DNA of 64,000 nt from the human T2T-CHM13v2.0 reference genome, Homo sapiens, in the NCBI RefSeq assembly GCF_009914755.1, contig NC_060932.1; one strand, 5' to 3'. Each line of letters begins with the position of its first letter. Position 1 is the stretch's first letter. Under the pieces are notes generated by a model. The model did not search any database. It was not told where the DNA came from and saw only the letters and a program-made list of their open reading frames with translations. The translations under genes and the position numbers were made by a program. This document shows, piece by piece, positions 13,516 to 27,830 of this stretch.

Positions 13516-15154
13516 AAAATAGAATAATTTAAAAGACCAGTAGTATGGATTATGAAAACACGAGCCCACCACAGGGAAAGTTAAAGTCTATGTACTACAC
13601 TTGTTTTTTAAGCTATCTTTAGCCTTTAAAAATTTTTTTTCCTGGCTAATTAGGCTGTCATATTTGGTGACAATGGATGCATTTATAATAAAATATTGTT
13701 TGAATTTGAAAAATAAACCTATCTTGCAAAATATATAAGCAAGATAAGAATTGAATTAAAATGCATTAGGTGATATTTGATCTAAGGAATAGTCTGGCTA
13801 CATATATCGGGCAGAGACATGGATTCTCTTGAGATAGGCAACTCAGTCTCTGATGCGGTGAAATCCACAATTACCCCCAAAATACTCACGGTTTATGGAA
13901 AAGAAAGAATTTCTATGGGAAATGTAGAGCAAATGGAATGCTTGGATGACACAGAGAATATTTTTCTTCTTTTAATATTTTTTTTCCAAAAAAAAAATCG
14001 AAACCACATTTTATATAAAAACTAGTATCAAAATAAAAAAGCATTTTTATTTCTCTTCTCCCTCCAGTTTGAAAACACTTCGTTACATAAGATTCTTCCC
14101 ATTGACCCTTTGGGTCCTTGTGCAGCCTCAGTTTAGGTCTGTTAGAGGAGCCACTGCTCTGTGGGGTAGGACTTCAATCTCAGTGGAAATGATGATGCTG
14201 GAATCAAACTTTCAATCTTCTCTAAATTTCTTTTTTATTGGCAGCTTGAATGGCCTACTTTATTCTTTTGCAGTAGGGCCTTCCATTAGGTATTTGTTTT
14301 GTTGACATGTGAATGCTCTTTTGTCAAAGATTAACCACACTGCCTCCTCACAGGCAGGATGCCATTTAAGATAGTCTTTTACTAAATTCTTAGAGTAAGG
14401 ATGTATGTCAGGCCAGTTAGGGGGCAAGTTTAGGTGACAGCTGATGATGAGTAGGCTTGGTACTCTCTCCTCATTGAGCTGTTGAGAAGATGGTCACAAA
14501 CCGAAGTCGGAGGAAATGCGTGATCTATAGTGTACACAGTTGAATGAGATTTAAGAATCCTTAATCCCGTTATGTTTTAAAACCTTTAGTAACTCAAAAC
14601 ATGTTACAAAGCGGTTAGCCTGGAGAGTCAACTGAAAAGGTGAAAGCTCAATGAAGGGTGAGAGAAACCCTAGTAGTTCTTAGAAACCAAACTCCATGGA
14701 GCCCCCTCTAATCCTGCTATTATTCAGTTCCACTTGATAATTTACAGGCAATATCGGTGTCAGAATTTTTTGTGCCATTAAAGTTATGACAGACTGTCAT
14801 TTCATCATGGTTTGGATGACTGTCAGAAATAGTGTATTAAAAATGACAATCCCCAATTTTATCATAGATCATCCAGACTTTGTTAAATGCACATAACAAT
14901 ACATTTCTCAAGCGTCAACAAGGAAGCTACCTTGACAAATCCTACCAGCCATATGGCTATACTTTATATATATTTGGCAAAAGTGACTTTTTGTAATTAA
15001 AGCTACTTTGCCAACAAAGCTCAAAAAACGAACTTAAGAGAAATTAAGGATTCATAATATAGAAATTGAATTTAGTACAAACGGAATGTTCAAGAGATGT
15101 TTGTGGCATTATTTACGTTAACATAAAAGAGTACTTTTTTGTTATTTGAATTAA

Positions 15155-15589
<435 letters not shown>

Positions 15590-16269
15590 TCTTTAATTCA
15601 TTTTCTGATCCATTTTGTTTACAGCTGCATATGCTATCTTCCCCTTTCTTTTTGAATTAGCCTCTGAATGGCTCTCTCCTTCACCTTTATTATTCTGCCT
15701 GGGTTTTCTAGGCTGAAACTCCAACAGGTAATTTTGCTTGTGTGCTTTATCCCTTGCAGTATTAGTAAAGGGGCTATTTTTATTTCTAAAGTGCCACATT
15801 TTAATTCAGCTTCCAGTAATGTCACTGTGAGATGCTGAGACTAAGAAACGCCCTCTAATGTGTTACAACCATATAAAACTATTGTCGTTACTTCTGTTGC
15901 AGATAAGAGACCTGTGGAGGATAATAACCACAATATTCAGGGCCAAAATACTTCAGTGTCATATAGTGTACAGCCTGTGGTCATATTACAACTTTATTAC
16001 CCATTTTTCAATGCTTCTGTGTTAAGCCACACACATATTAAAAATGCTGTGTTTATTTCATTCTTATGATGCTGCTTTGGTTTACTTCAGGCCATGATTA
16101 ATGGTTTTGGGGGCCATAGGCATAGATAAAGGTGTTTTTGAGTTAGTTATTTAATTCGAAGAAGAGAAATGTTTTGTCCAAAACTTTAAGAGTGCCCTAT
16201 TATGGATGTGGAGGGCTGATGTGATAGGTTGGAATATTACACTGAAGAATTTCATGTAACAAGAAAAAA

Positions 16270-16328
16270 GTATGTGTATACGTATAGACACACATGCATG
16301 AGTGTGCAAGTGCATGTGCATACGTGCG

Positions 16329-16362
<34 letters not shown>
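16270..16362. repeat. Purine-pyrimidine alternating tract ending in (CA)n
   Basis: Read directly; Z-DNA-prone composition. Confidence 0.9.
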
Positions 16363-16366
<4 letters not shown>

Positions 16367-19300
16367 CAGTGGAAGTGTAGCTGACTTTACCAGCACCCAC
16401 TCAATCACTTTACACAAGACACATGGTCCACTTTAGGAATAAGCAAAACCCATATATCAGACTTGAAAGGGTATAGTTCTGCCATAGTATTAGTAGTTTG
16501 GGACCTATCCAGGAAAATAAAAATAGGAGGGATTAAAGGGCTAATGTAAGGTTATTATAAGTATTTATCAGTTGTGGGCAGATAAGTTAGTGGGGTAACA
16601 ACTACCCTTGTTCTCTTAAAATAGCTTCAGTTTTCAGACTTAACTCCACACTAAAGCTCGGAGCCTTAGCTTAATATTCACAGATAAAGAAAAAAAGTAA
16701 ATATAGACTATGAATCAGTTTGCTGATTTTGACTTTTTCTCCCATGGAGACCACAAACTGGGTTATGAACAATAAACTTTATATAATCATGAGATTAAAT
16801 TTTCAGAACTTCTTAGAATTATTTGAAAAAAAAAAGCAACAACAACAACAAAAAACCAAGTGGCATCTAAATGTTAATAAATAATATTGCTTTATAAATT
16901 GGATTACCTAAGATTTTTCATTTATGATAGTTTTCTGTCACAGTTTGTTCATTGGATATAGGGTCTAATTGTTCATAAATATAAAACACTTCTTCATTCT
17001 TATAACAGTGGAACTTATATAGACAGTACTGTAAATACAGCTTTTAATCAAGACATTGGAAAAATGTTAATGCCTTTGAGTCTTTAATACAGTTTTAAAC
17101 TTGTACACCAGAAAAATCAAATCGATGCTAAAATATCACATTAGAAAAATTTTATTTAAAGACTTGTTTTTTTAATAATACTTGATAAGCTTCAGAAATT
17201 GGGTTATCTTGATGAAAATTATGCAGCAAAAATATAGTCATATTCATATTGCTGAGTAGAAATGCAATTTATAAAGCTGTATATAAAATACCCAGTAATA
17301 TCATCATTTGTTAGCTTGCTAAAATAACACAAGCAGTTATTAAAGTCCTCCAACACCTGTATCAGCACAATATTGATACTCTCCCAATCCACAAAATTAA
17401 TAACAAGGAGATGGCAAATTTGGTATCCTGAGTCCACAGAAGTAAAATATAATACCAGTGAGGAAAAGGTGAAAATAGAAAGAAAAATTAACACCAGATA
17501 AAGCAGAGTTGTTTTGTTTGTTAATTGTGTAAAAGAAAAATTTGGTAAACATTTTCATTCTGTTCTCAAAACACGAGCAGCTTAGGGTTAATATTTCATC
17601 AGATCACTATTAGGCTTACAAGGCATTATGAAAACCCTCTGAAAAAATGGTTAAATTCCATTTCAAAGCACTGTAGTGAGCACAGGAAACATGCAGCAAG
17701 ACTTTACTGTCATTTGGATAAGAAAGGAGGGAGACTCAAAGCAAAACTATCAAAAGGTCAGGAGGCTGCTTTACTCTCGGTAATTGCCTGGGAATCTTTT
17801 TTTTCCTTCTTTTTCCCCCCCTGATGCATTGTTTTCAAAGGGTTGTCTGAAATGTAAAAATATAAAAATGCAATCATATTAAGAATTGAAAAATCATCTG
17901 GAAGGGTTAAAGGACTTTCTTATTTCTCATTTGGCCATTGAAGGGTGGCCAAATTGGCAGGCCATCCTTGAAACCCCAAAGTCTTTCACATTTTGGTGCA
18001 GTTACATTTGATTTGAAATACATTTTTCCAGTATAAAAATGTTAACTATCTCCCAGTGCAATTGAAACCTGTCTTGTGTCAAAAACAGGAAATTCTAAGG
18101 ATAAATAGACTGTGGATATATGTCAGATGTTTCTCTTATTTTTTTCTCATTTTCTTTTTTAGACACACAAAACCCATATGCACACACATGTATTAATATA
18201 TATAATATATGCAGATATTGATGGAATTCTGTGAGTTGAAAGAGGAGGAAGATGTCTTGAAGGATCCATATCTCTCCCACCAGATTTGTGCTATTATCAC
18301 TGAAATGTGGCCTTCAGTCTTGAAACAGTTAAAAGAGTTCTAAGGCCACAAAAGGAGAGATGTCTTCAGAATTATCTCCCGCCTCACATTTGCTCTTAGG
18401 CAAGCAGTTTAAAAAAGCCCAGTGATTGAGCCAGTGATCCAATTTGAAATGCAGAAATGATTAGAGCTGCTTGCCTCATTTCATATCGAAATTCTCTGAT
18501 TTATGACAGGGCTGCAGCCAAGATCTATCTCCAAAGGGAATTAGTGTGCAAGTTTGCATATTTTTGTTATTTAGGTTTCTGATAGCAGCTGCTAGCTAGA
18601 AATACTGAACTGGGAGGAGGTGGGGCAAGGATTTTCAGCCACTGGAGCAAAAGAAAGATAAGAGCTTTCTGTTTAGGATATCGAGACCCCTTGACCAGCA
18701 TGTATCTGTGTTACATATGCTTCTTATATGTGTGTATGTCTAAGAACTTGTTAATGGTATCGACATGAGTGTATATGTACACATAAATTATGAGGTTCAG
18801 GGAGCCCAGGAATGTATTGGAATGGTTAATTCTAGTAATGGAGAAAAGAATTACCAAAATTCTGTCTTCATGTTTTAACTACTGGAATTTTAATGAGGCA
18901 TAATACTTCAATCATGCAACTGACCTGTGGGGCAGAGTATAGAACATATAATGAAACAGAAATAGAATTCTGAAAAAAAAATTATTACCTTATCTGGAAT
19001 TTACATGAAGTGTTAACAGGAAATTATGCAGCAGTTATAAATGAAAAATATGGGATTTAATGTACTTATTAATAAAGATTTGTTACATACATGATACCAG
19101 TGTCCCAAATCTGCTGTCCGCAGCTGTCCCCAATTTCTAATGTTTCTGTCCTCAGATGCCTCATTTGGAGTCATCTTATTACCATGTAAGCTAATGCCAG
19201 TTTCTCTTCAGTGAGTATCCCATTCCAAGAAAAAAAAAAAAAAAAGGAAATTATCTTTGTGCATAAGTCAAGGGCCGAAGACTTTCTATCAGTTACATTA

Positions 19301-20169
19301 AAATATTGAACACACACACAACTTTGTTGGTTGTGTTAGTGCTTTTCTTGAGTTTGTGGATTTTAATCACAGTTGCAAAAAAAATTGTGATTTTTCAAGT
19401 AAAAAAAATCCCTGAAAGAAAGATGAGCGGCTGTCAGTCTACATTAGTACTGCAAAGAGCAAAGAAATCATCGTGGGAGAGTTTATTACTTTAGCTGCTC
19501 TCTGGCTCCATATGGAGTCATTATGGCCTGGAGTCTTAACAGTGCTCCTCTGCTGACCTTACCATAATGCAGCAGGGCTTCTAGGTATTAAAACCGCTCT
19601 CATATTTCACTGAGTATTCTCCAGGGGTTCCAGGGTTATTGTAGTAAAAACTTTAAATTTTGATTACCTTGTTCGTTGACAAAGAATGCAGTAAGATCTT
19701 TAAAGACATCTTTAAACCTAAATGCCTGAGTTATTCCTTTTAAATCAGCCTGTCTCCTCTCCTCTTGACTTCCAGCTAACTTGCCTAATTTCAAGACAGT
19801 AACTCTTCATGTGGTTGTTGTCTCTTGTGTTTGAGAACCGTGTTGTCCCAGTAGCTCAAACATTAATTTCTAGAAGATTCCTTATGCCAAGAGGGTCTGG
19901 CAGTAAATTTTAATTTGATTATGCCTTTTAAAACACAGAATGGACCTTTTACTTTTAATATGGTAGCACTGTTGAAATGATTTTTTAAATTTTAAGGATA
20001 CATTAAGTATTTACTACTTTAACTCAGCTCTACATTGTAAAGAGTCATAGATTTTATGTATAGTAAGTGGTTTTATTAAAAGCCTAAATATTAATAGTAA
20101 ATATTTTGGTTCAAGGGACTGAGCTTAGTGTTTTGTTGCTTCATATTTCCATAACTCTCTGAAGCTGAT

Positions 20170-20300
20170 ATAGTTCTTCCATTTAACACATGAGAAAACT
20201 GAGGTTTCAGACACTCCTCAAAAAGCGCAAAGCTAATTAATGTACAAATTATGGATTTGAACTCAGATATGACTTCAAAACTCTTTCTGCTTTAATTTTA
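20170..20300 (-). mobile_element. MIR relic
   Basis: catttaacacatgagaaaactgaggtttcaga...ggatttgaactcaga MIR core. Confidence 0.7.
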
Positions 20301-20359
20301 TACTACCTCCCTACAGTTCCATTTTAATAATGGCCCTTTTCAGCACTCATGTTAATCAT

Positions 20360-21300
20360 GACTCACTCATGGATTCAGCAAACACTTCTTAATTCTTGCC
20401 ATGAGCCAGGCACTATGCAAAGGTCTCAGGTTATACCAACTATATTTAGTCTCTGCCCTCAAGGAGCTCAGTCCAATGAGAGAATCAGATACATAAACAT
20501 ATAACTATAGTATCATAAGATGATTTCTGATGGAGGATTCTATAAAAGTTGTTTCTTTTTATAAATAAGCAGTAGAAACAACTTCTAGCTAACTTAGGCA
20601 AAAACAGAATTATGGAAAGAATATGGGGGAGTTTACAGACTCTGTGGGATGTTAGAGAACCAGGTTTAGAAAAGGACAAAAATCAAAGCAATTTGAGAGT
20701 AAAGAAAGTCTAATAGTAGAAACCATTGTACAGTCTTAGCAGGCACTTGCATTGGCAAGAATAAGCTTCAACACATTTTGGTCTTTTTATTTATTGGTTC
20801 AGGACCTAGGTCCAGGGAGGGTGTGCCTTATTAGTCTATCTTTGGTCACATCTGTGTCTCTAGACAAGAGAGAAAAGGGCCCCTATTTTAATATGCCAGT
20901 GTGTGTGTTCAGTGGAGGAATTACACCCAAAAAAACATAGAAAGAGCTATTATCCAAAAGAGCTGGACCAGATGCTGGCCATCCATAAACAGCAATTATC
21001 CAACAGGGGTAAGTGTGAAGATTAAACATTTTACTGTCTCAGATGCCCACAGAAGGCTTCCAGAAGGTGATTTTAAGAAGAGTTTTGAAGGATGAATTAA
21101 CTCAGAAAATAAATTGGGACTGCCAATTCCAGGCAGAAGTAATAATATATACAAAGTCATGAAAGCATGAAACAAAGAAGTGTTTGGAGGAAACACACAA
21201 TATCGGGTGAAACACGGCTAGTAGTAAGGATTAAAGAAGGTAACAGGAAACTTTCCATGCTTTCCCAAGAAATCTGGATTTTATTCTTTATTCAATGGTA
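20360..21300 (-). mobile_element. L2 relic with nested MLT1-like LTR (~20550-21000)
   Basis: attcagcaaacact...gccaggcact...ctgccctcaaggagctca (L2); internal segment resembles old MLT1; L2 resumes at ggcttccagaaggtga. Confidence 0.5.
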
Positions 21301-24300
21301 CTAGAATAGAGAACATTAAATATCGTGATTTTTTTTGCCAACATTTTTTATCTCCTTCATGGCTAAAATAATCTCTTTTATTGGTTTTAGCCATATGAAT
21401 AGGCACATAACTTCTTAGAGCTTTTTAATCTATCTATTCCTCATGATTAAATTTCAAAATAGAATAATATACTGCTAACATCTTATAATTGACTTCCAAT
21501 ATCATCTAAAATCTATGTGTATTTCAAAACCATATAAACTGAGAGTATAGCAAAATTATCTGAAATTCTCCTTTTATCTGAAAAAAAAAAAACCAACAAC
21601 AAAAAAAGAAGTAACCAGTTATGTTAATAAAGTTACCAAAATAAAGTGTTTTGTTATTTAGTAGACACTACTTCTGTGCACCCTGTTAAGATTTATGGCA
21701 AATGGTAGTATCCATATCAAAATGGAAGAGCAGGTTGTAAGTTGTGTGAATGAAAATATGTTTGGCTCTCTGATCTCTTCATGTCTGGTCCAGTCAGGTT
21801 AAAAGGAATAAAAATCAATGAAGAGGAAGTCAGCAAGAAAAGGGAGAAAACAAAAGAGTAAACAATCAGAGGAAGAGTAAAAGAGTTTTCTTTCATTTTC
21901 TTTTTCTTTCATCCCTGCATTTTCAGAAAGAAAGAAAAAAGAAGGAAACAAAGAAAGAGAGGAGAAGCACATTTATAATGAAAGTTACATATTTCTCCAC
22001 CACCATCCTAGTTTTTACCCTGGTTGCAAATAGATTGGCACTCTCCCTGGTTGTTCTGGTATGCCATACCTAGGGAAAGAAGGTATTCTACTTTTCCTGT
22101 GAAAACCTTTGCAAGTTTAGCACCAATCCTAATACTCTTCCAAGTTTCTTAGTCAAATTTGGGATCTAAAGCTTCTTTTGTGTATCAGTGGTGAGAACAG
22201 AGATCATAATAGTTAAATATTTTGTTCCTATAAGAATTTAACCAATTTCTAGTCATCGTATAAAGCAACTCATGATAGAGAAGGAGGTCTCTGGGTAAGG
22301 CTGCCTTTGTCTGCTTTTTTTTTTTTTTTTTTTTTTTTAATGAGTGATTATGAGATTCCTGAGCAGATAGAGCAGATAGGGAAAGATGGCCTGGAACTCT
22401 ATCTCTAAAACTTCAATTAAGCAAGGTAGTATCTGTGGTGATTTTCAGTATGTGGCACCCAGGAAAGAAACAGACATACTCCTTCCTTTCGTCTTGTTTC
22501 TCTACTCTATAAATTTAGTTAATGCTGTTGTTTTTTGTAAAGTAGAATTGAAATTCTACATTGGAATATTTTTATTTTTCAGGCTTATATATTTGTGTTT
22601 CAATTTCCTGACACACCTCCTAAATGTAACAGCTGCATTCTTACTGTTAACCAGTATATTTGAAAGCTGTACCTTGGTATCTGTGAAAAAAAAATGCATT
22701 ATTAATAGATGTTGAATTTTGGGTTGCAAATGAATGTTAGGGCCCTGTTATGCCTGGGTTCTGTTTAAAATCACAGAATATCAGTAATAAATCTTTGAAT
22801 TGGCAGGAGTCGACATGGTCAGTTTTTAAAATGCTATTTCATTTTCTATGTGTATTTCTAATCATTCTGGAGTTACACAAAATTTGGGTGAAAGTAATGT
22901 CCAATGCTGGACTATTTCTACTTATTTAAAACTAAGTATATGGAGATAATATGTTTCAAATATTTGACATTTATGAAGTTGCGTGTGTGCATGTTAATGA
23001 GAAAAAGAGAGCAGACCTAAACCTCTCCCCTGTGTGATTTTCTCATGAACATGCCATGTACCTTTCATTAACACTAGATAAAAGCACAGTAGTTTCTTGT
23101 TAAATAAAAGTAGTCATTAAAGAGTATAGAGAACAATTTTGTTTTCTCTTTTTATGTTGAAGCCATTTTCAACTTTTTCTTTGCATTGTTTTTCATCATA
23201 TTTAATGCAGATAAATATTATAATAATGATAGGCTGCTATCAACCCATCTTAATTTAGTAATAAAAAGGATAGCATAACAATATATTTGAGTCTCCCTTC
23301 TCCTAAGTTACTAAGAAAGTATATGGTGCAGCATGTTTTAAATGGTCTCCTATTTAATTTTTCCCATGAATAATGTCTTTCATTTGGGAATGATAGTGAA
23401 TCAAATTCCTAATAGTACCGCTGCACTATAACTACATTATATAGGACTATTAATTAGGATAAATATGAAATTTGAATAGATATTGCAGGTGTGAGACATC
23501 AGATGAGAACTCAAAAGGATTAAATTCTGCTGGGGATTGTTATTTCAGTTCTTTCCAATCCTGTTGTTCTGCTGCATAAAACTTACTTTAGTACCTCTCT
23601 AGACTGTTATAACATCTGTTGTTCTTGGAAAAAAAAAAACCTTTTTTTTTTTTTTTTGGTCAGAAATAGCTGTGTTATTCTGCAGCATTGGCCCAGAATG
23701 CCTTGCAGGGAGTGAGCTGTGTTCTTCTGGTGTTCTGACTAATTAATTCCCATGAGACCTGCTCCTTGCAACAGGGCTTGCTTGCGCGGAGTCCAGCAGT
23801 GGGAAGGACCGCCTTTGGGAAGGTCACTTGAGAAAGCTGTCCTACACATGTGTGTTCATCATGTAAATAAAGAAGAAGGTGAAGGATAAGAGGGTTGAAT
23901 CCAGGGAAGTTTTATGAGAGAGAGAACTGATAGGACTGATTACTTTTATTTTGATAAAGGGCTTTTTTCTCTATCACCATGAATGCATTTTAAACTTAGA
24001 ATATCTGCTTGCCAAATGATAATCACCATCTCTTAGCTTTGCTTCATCAAATTGTTTCAATGTGATTAAATTTTACCAACCAGGTAGAAGAGTTTTAAAA
24101 TTAACTTCTGGAAAAATGATCAGTTCTTCTTTTTCTCTCTCTTTAAAAAGTGGAATAATGCCATAGATGTTCACAAAACTCTGCTACCTCACTTCACGCT
24201 TTCTCACGTTAAATAAACTAGTTTTATTTCCAAAATGCTGACTTTCTACATTTGCCTCCTTGTTCCTACATTTCCCTCATAAAAAAATCAGTTTTAATTT

Positions 24301-27300
24301 ATTGGGACTGACCAAGAAAGATAATGAAGTCCTTTCAAAAACTCTTTATGTGTGAAACCCTGGAGGAAAACCCTAGAGCCTTCTTACTTCTAGCAACCAA
24401 TTACTACATACAAAAAAAACTTTCCCCAATTATGAAGTCCACTAATGCATTCTGCACAGACTCAATTTCACGAACTCTGTTGCGGAGGCACCCCTCACAT
24501 AATTAACAGCAAGACACTGCATGTGGTCAGACCTTCTGCTAATTGATTAAATGAGTCTATTCCTAAATCAGATTCTAATCACACTAGCTAGCATGGCTAT
24601 GGAACACAGCGTGTATAACAGAATTTCCAGAAATCCAAACTGTGGACCCGCAAAAAATTTAAATTACTCATTGGGGGAGCTGCTTCAGAACTGAACCTAA
24701 GAAAAAAATTAAAAGGCCACCTTGCTCTCTTGAAATGCCACTCTCCCTGGGTGTCTTTCTTTAGTATTCCCACTTCTGTTTGATCCGTGTCCTTTTGTGA
24801 TTCATCATCCACACCTAAACGATATAAAGCATGTCATACTGTGGCCCTGTCTTTATGATTATTTTAGTTAACAAGTGCTGGATAGTTTGCCTGCAGTTTC
24901 CTAGTATAACACAAAACCTCCCATCTGCTTGTCAGTTTTTCTTTTTTCTTTTTCTTTTCGTCTTTAAAAAAAAAAAAAAAAAATGAAGGCTGTGGTGTTC
25001 CCTAAGGGTTGTGAGAGAAGTTCATCCCATTGAACTGGTCAGCAAGATATCATTAGCTCGTTGTGTACATGAAATCCAGGGGTTAGAGCACCAAGCGTCA
25101 CAAGCCAGTTTCTTTACCTCCTTGAGCTGATCAGAGGATCAGAGTATCAAGGAAGGATTAGCACTGACTTGGGATTTGTGTGATTGGTTAATTTATTGCG
25201 GCAATGGCAGGCCTTTCATCTATGGCAACATTTAATCAGCACAGCCATGGAGGCTATTACCGGTTAGCTCCTTTCTCAAGTCAGCCAGGGCTGCACCATC
25301 AGCCCTATCACAACTCCCCTGAAATTTCCAAATTATCTGGAACAGGCTTTAGCCTCACAGTAATAAAAATTAGAAGAGATTCCTGATAGCACTGGTGGAA
25401 AAGGCTTTCACTTGCACAGGGCAAATTATAAATAGTATGAATGTGCACTTTAAAAAAAAAATTCTCCACCTCTTAAGAGATGTGCAGGACTTATCACCCC
25501 TGCTCTGATCCAAATCCTCATGGTTGAAAATTTATATTAGATTTTATCAGAGAGGCCTAAGTCTAGAAAAATCAATGAAGGTTATCTTTTATGTTGCAGG
25601 AACTTGTGGAAATATTGATTTTCATTTTATAGTGAATTTGGAGCATGAGTTGGTAATCACTGCTGAGCCGACCACAATGTTTGCCTACTGTATCTTTTAC
25701 TGAGTTTTGCTCAAGTATTTAAGATAGTATTCCTGTTGATTTTAGTCTACAGTGTGAAGACAGATGTTCCTAAAACACAAAGTTGTACTTGGGAAAAAAT
25801 ACACCCGAAAGCTCCCTATTTACAATAATGAGATCAGTATTTTGAGACTATATTTTGACTATTAATGATGGATTTGGGAATAAAATATACTCTGAAATGT
25901 TTGTAAGATTTCTTTTTTGCTTCTGTCAAGTTTATAAACCAAGAGAAAGATTATTTTTGAGTAAGGAAAACTGCATATGTATAAAAAAATACATCATTGA
26001 AACATTGAAGTCCTACTAAGAAAAGAGGGATTTCTTTTTTTCAATTAATTATTGTCTTTGTATCTGACAAATATTAATCAAAAGTTTCCCTTCTGTTGTA
26101 TTTTTAAGGTTTTTGTTTCATGAATTTGCTAACTTATTTTTATTTCATTCTTTCTCTTAAAATTTAATAAATGCTATAGTTAATGCAAGTTAAAAAGCAT
26201 TAGGGAATAGCTGCTCATTTTTTATTTTTTTAAAATTGTTTAAACCCTTTTTGCCTTATTTATGATTGTTTTGGATAATCATATGATGATTATATTATTG
26301 TTTACTTATTCTATATCTCTAAAGTGTTTATAGCAATAATCTTAATTCAAGCAGAGAAACTTGTTTGCAAGTAAGAACTCAAGGATAGACTCAGGAATGC
26401 TTATTAGTGACTTGATTCTTAAGACTTTAGCATGACTATTGCAGTGTTTTCCTTCATATTTTCTGAGAGAATAATGCCTTTACATATTCACTATGAATAT
26501 TTTTAAAATGAGAATACATGTAGATATAGTCTTATATTTTGTTGTGCACTAAGTGCTAGATCATCATTTAGTGTTCAGCTTTAATCTTCTCCTAACAGTC
26601 TAACAGAGTTCAGTGACAGACTGCCCTGGGTTCCATGGCTGAGCCATCCTGCTCCTCCCTCTCACCCTGGGTTATGCTCCTGAACTTATACTTGGCAGCT
26701 GACAAAGAATCGTTTTTCTCCATCACCACCTGAAGCCCTGCACCATACTGCAAGGCTTAGGATAATAGCCAGCAGTCTTTTTTATTCCTCTAAGCATAAC
26801 CAAAAGATGTCTAAGCCAAGGAATTAACAAGGTAACATATGAAAACACCAAGCCCAGTAGCTGGCACATGGTAGGGCCTGCAGATGGCAGTGACTAGTGC
26901 CATTATTGCCTGGGAAAGTCTGTAAGGGGACTCCAGAGAATTCATCACCTGTTCCCTGGTCTTGTTCCCTAATTAACTGGATTTGGACATGTCTATTCAT
27001 GGTCAAACTTAGCTAAAATGGTGACAAAATTGCTTAGTTTATTTTACTCCCTCTGCTCTGTTCTTATTCTGCTCTTTTCTGTGCTCTTATACCCCTGCCC
27101 TTCCTTACTCTTCAATTCTAAATTATAGCCAAATTCTTCTAAAAGTAGAGATAACAGTATAACCCAGGTTTGGATGTAACCTTATACCCCTCTCTGTCTT
27201 TTGTTCCCCCTATTTTTCTTCTATATAGGAAATAAGATGTTGGGACTAATAGGACCAAATGACACAGAGAATTCTGAGGATTTGCAGAAAGTCACACAGT

Positions 27301-27374
27301 TGATGATGGTGCCTGCATTAGAGACCTGGGCCACTCTATTTCATGGGGGCACGGGCATTAGTTGAAGTAAATGA

Positions 27375-27830
27375 GAATGTATTAAGAACTCTTTGCTGCA
27401 AGCTGTGGAAACACAGTTGAATCAGCTTAAAGAAAAGGATAAATTTATTTATTAGAATTGCAGAGTATTTTATGGATACCAAGGGCAGGAATTCACTGGG
27501 CCTCAAGATTTATTAGTACTGAAGATTCAGAAACCCTCAGGACGCCTTCAACATTTGTTATGGCCTCTGATTTCTCCAAGTTGGCTTCATTCTCCTTCCT
27601 CTCACGTCCAACTGCTCCTTCAGTAGACAGAAGCTTTGAACTTGATAGCTCATACTTGCATCTACCAGTGAGTTATGCCCTTGACTTTCTTGATTCTGTC
27701 ATTGAAAACCCTAAGGAAAAGACTTACTGTCCCAGCATAGCAGAGGAACACACCTAAGGCTAGGAGGTAGAGAAGTGATTTTCAGAAAAGTAAAGATATC
27801 GGAAGACACTTCATAAGTGCTCACTACAAT
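27375..27830 (-). mobile_element. Old MLT1 (MaLR) LTR relic
   Basis: ctctttgctgcaag...cagcttaaagaaaagg...atttattt...ctcactaca pattern typical of antisense MLT1. Confidence 0.5.
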
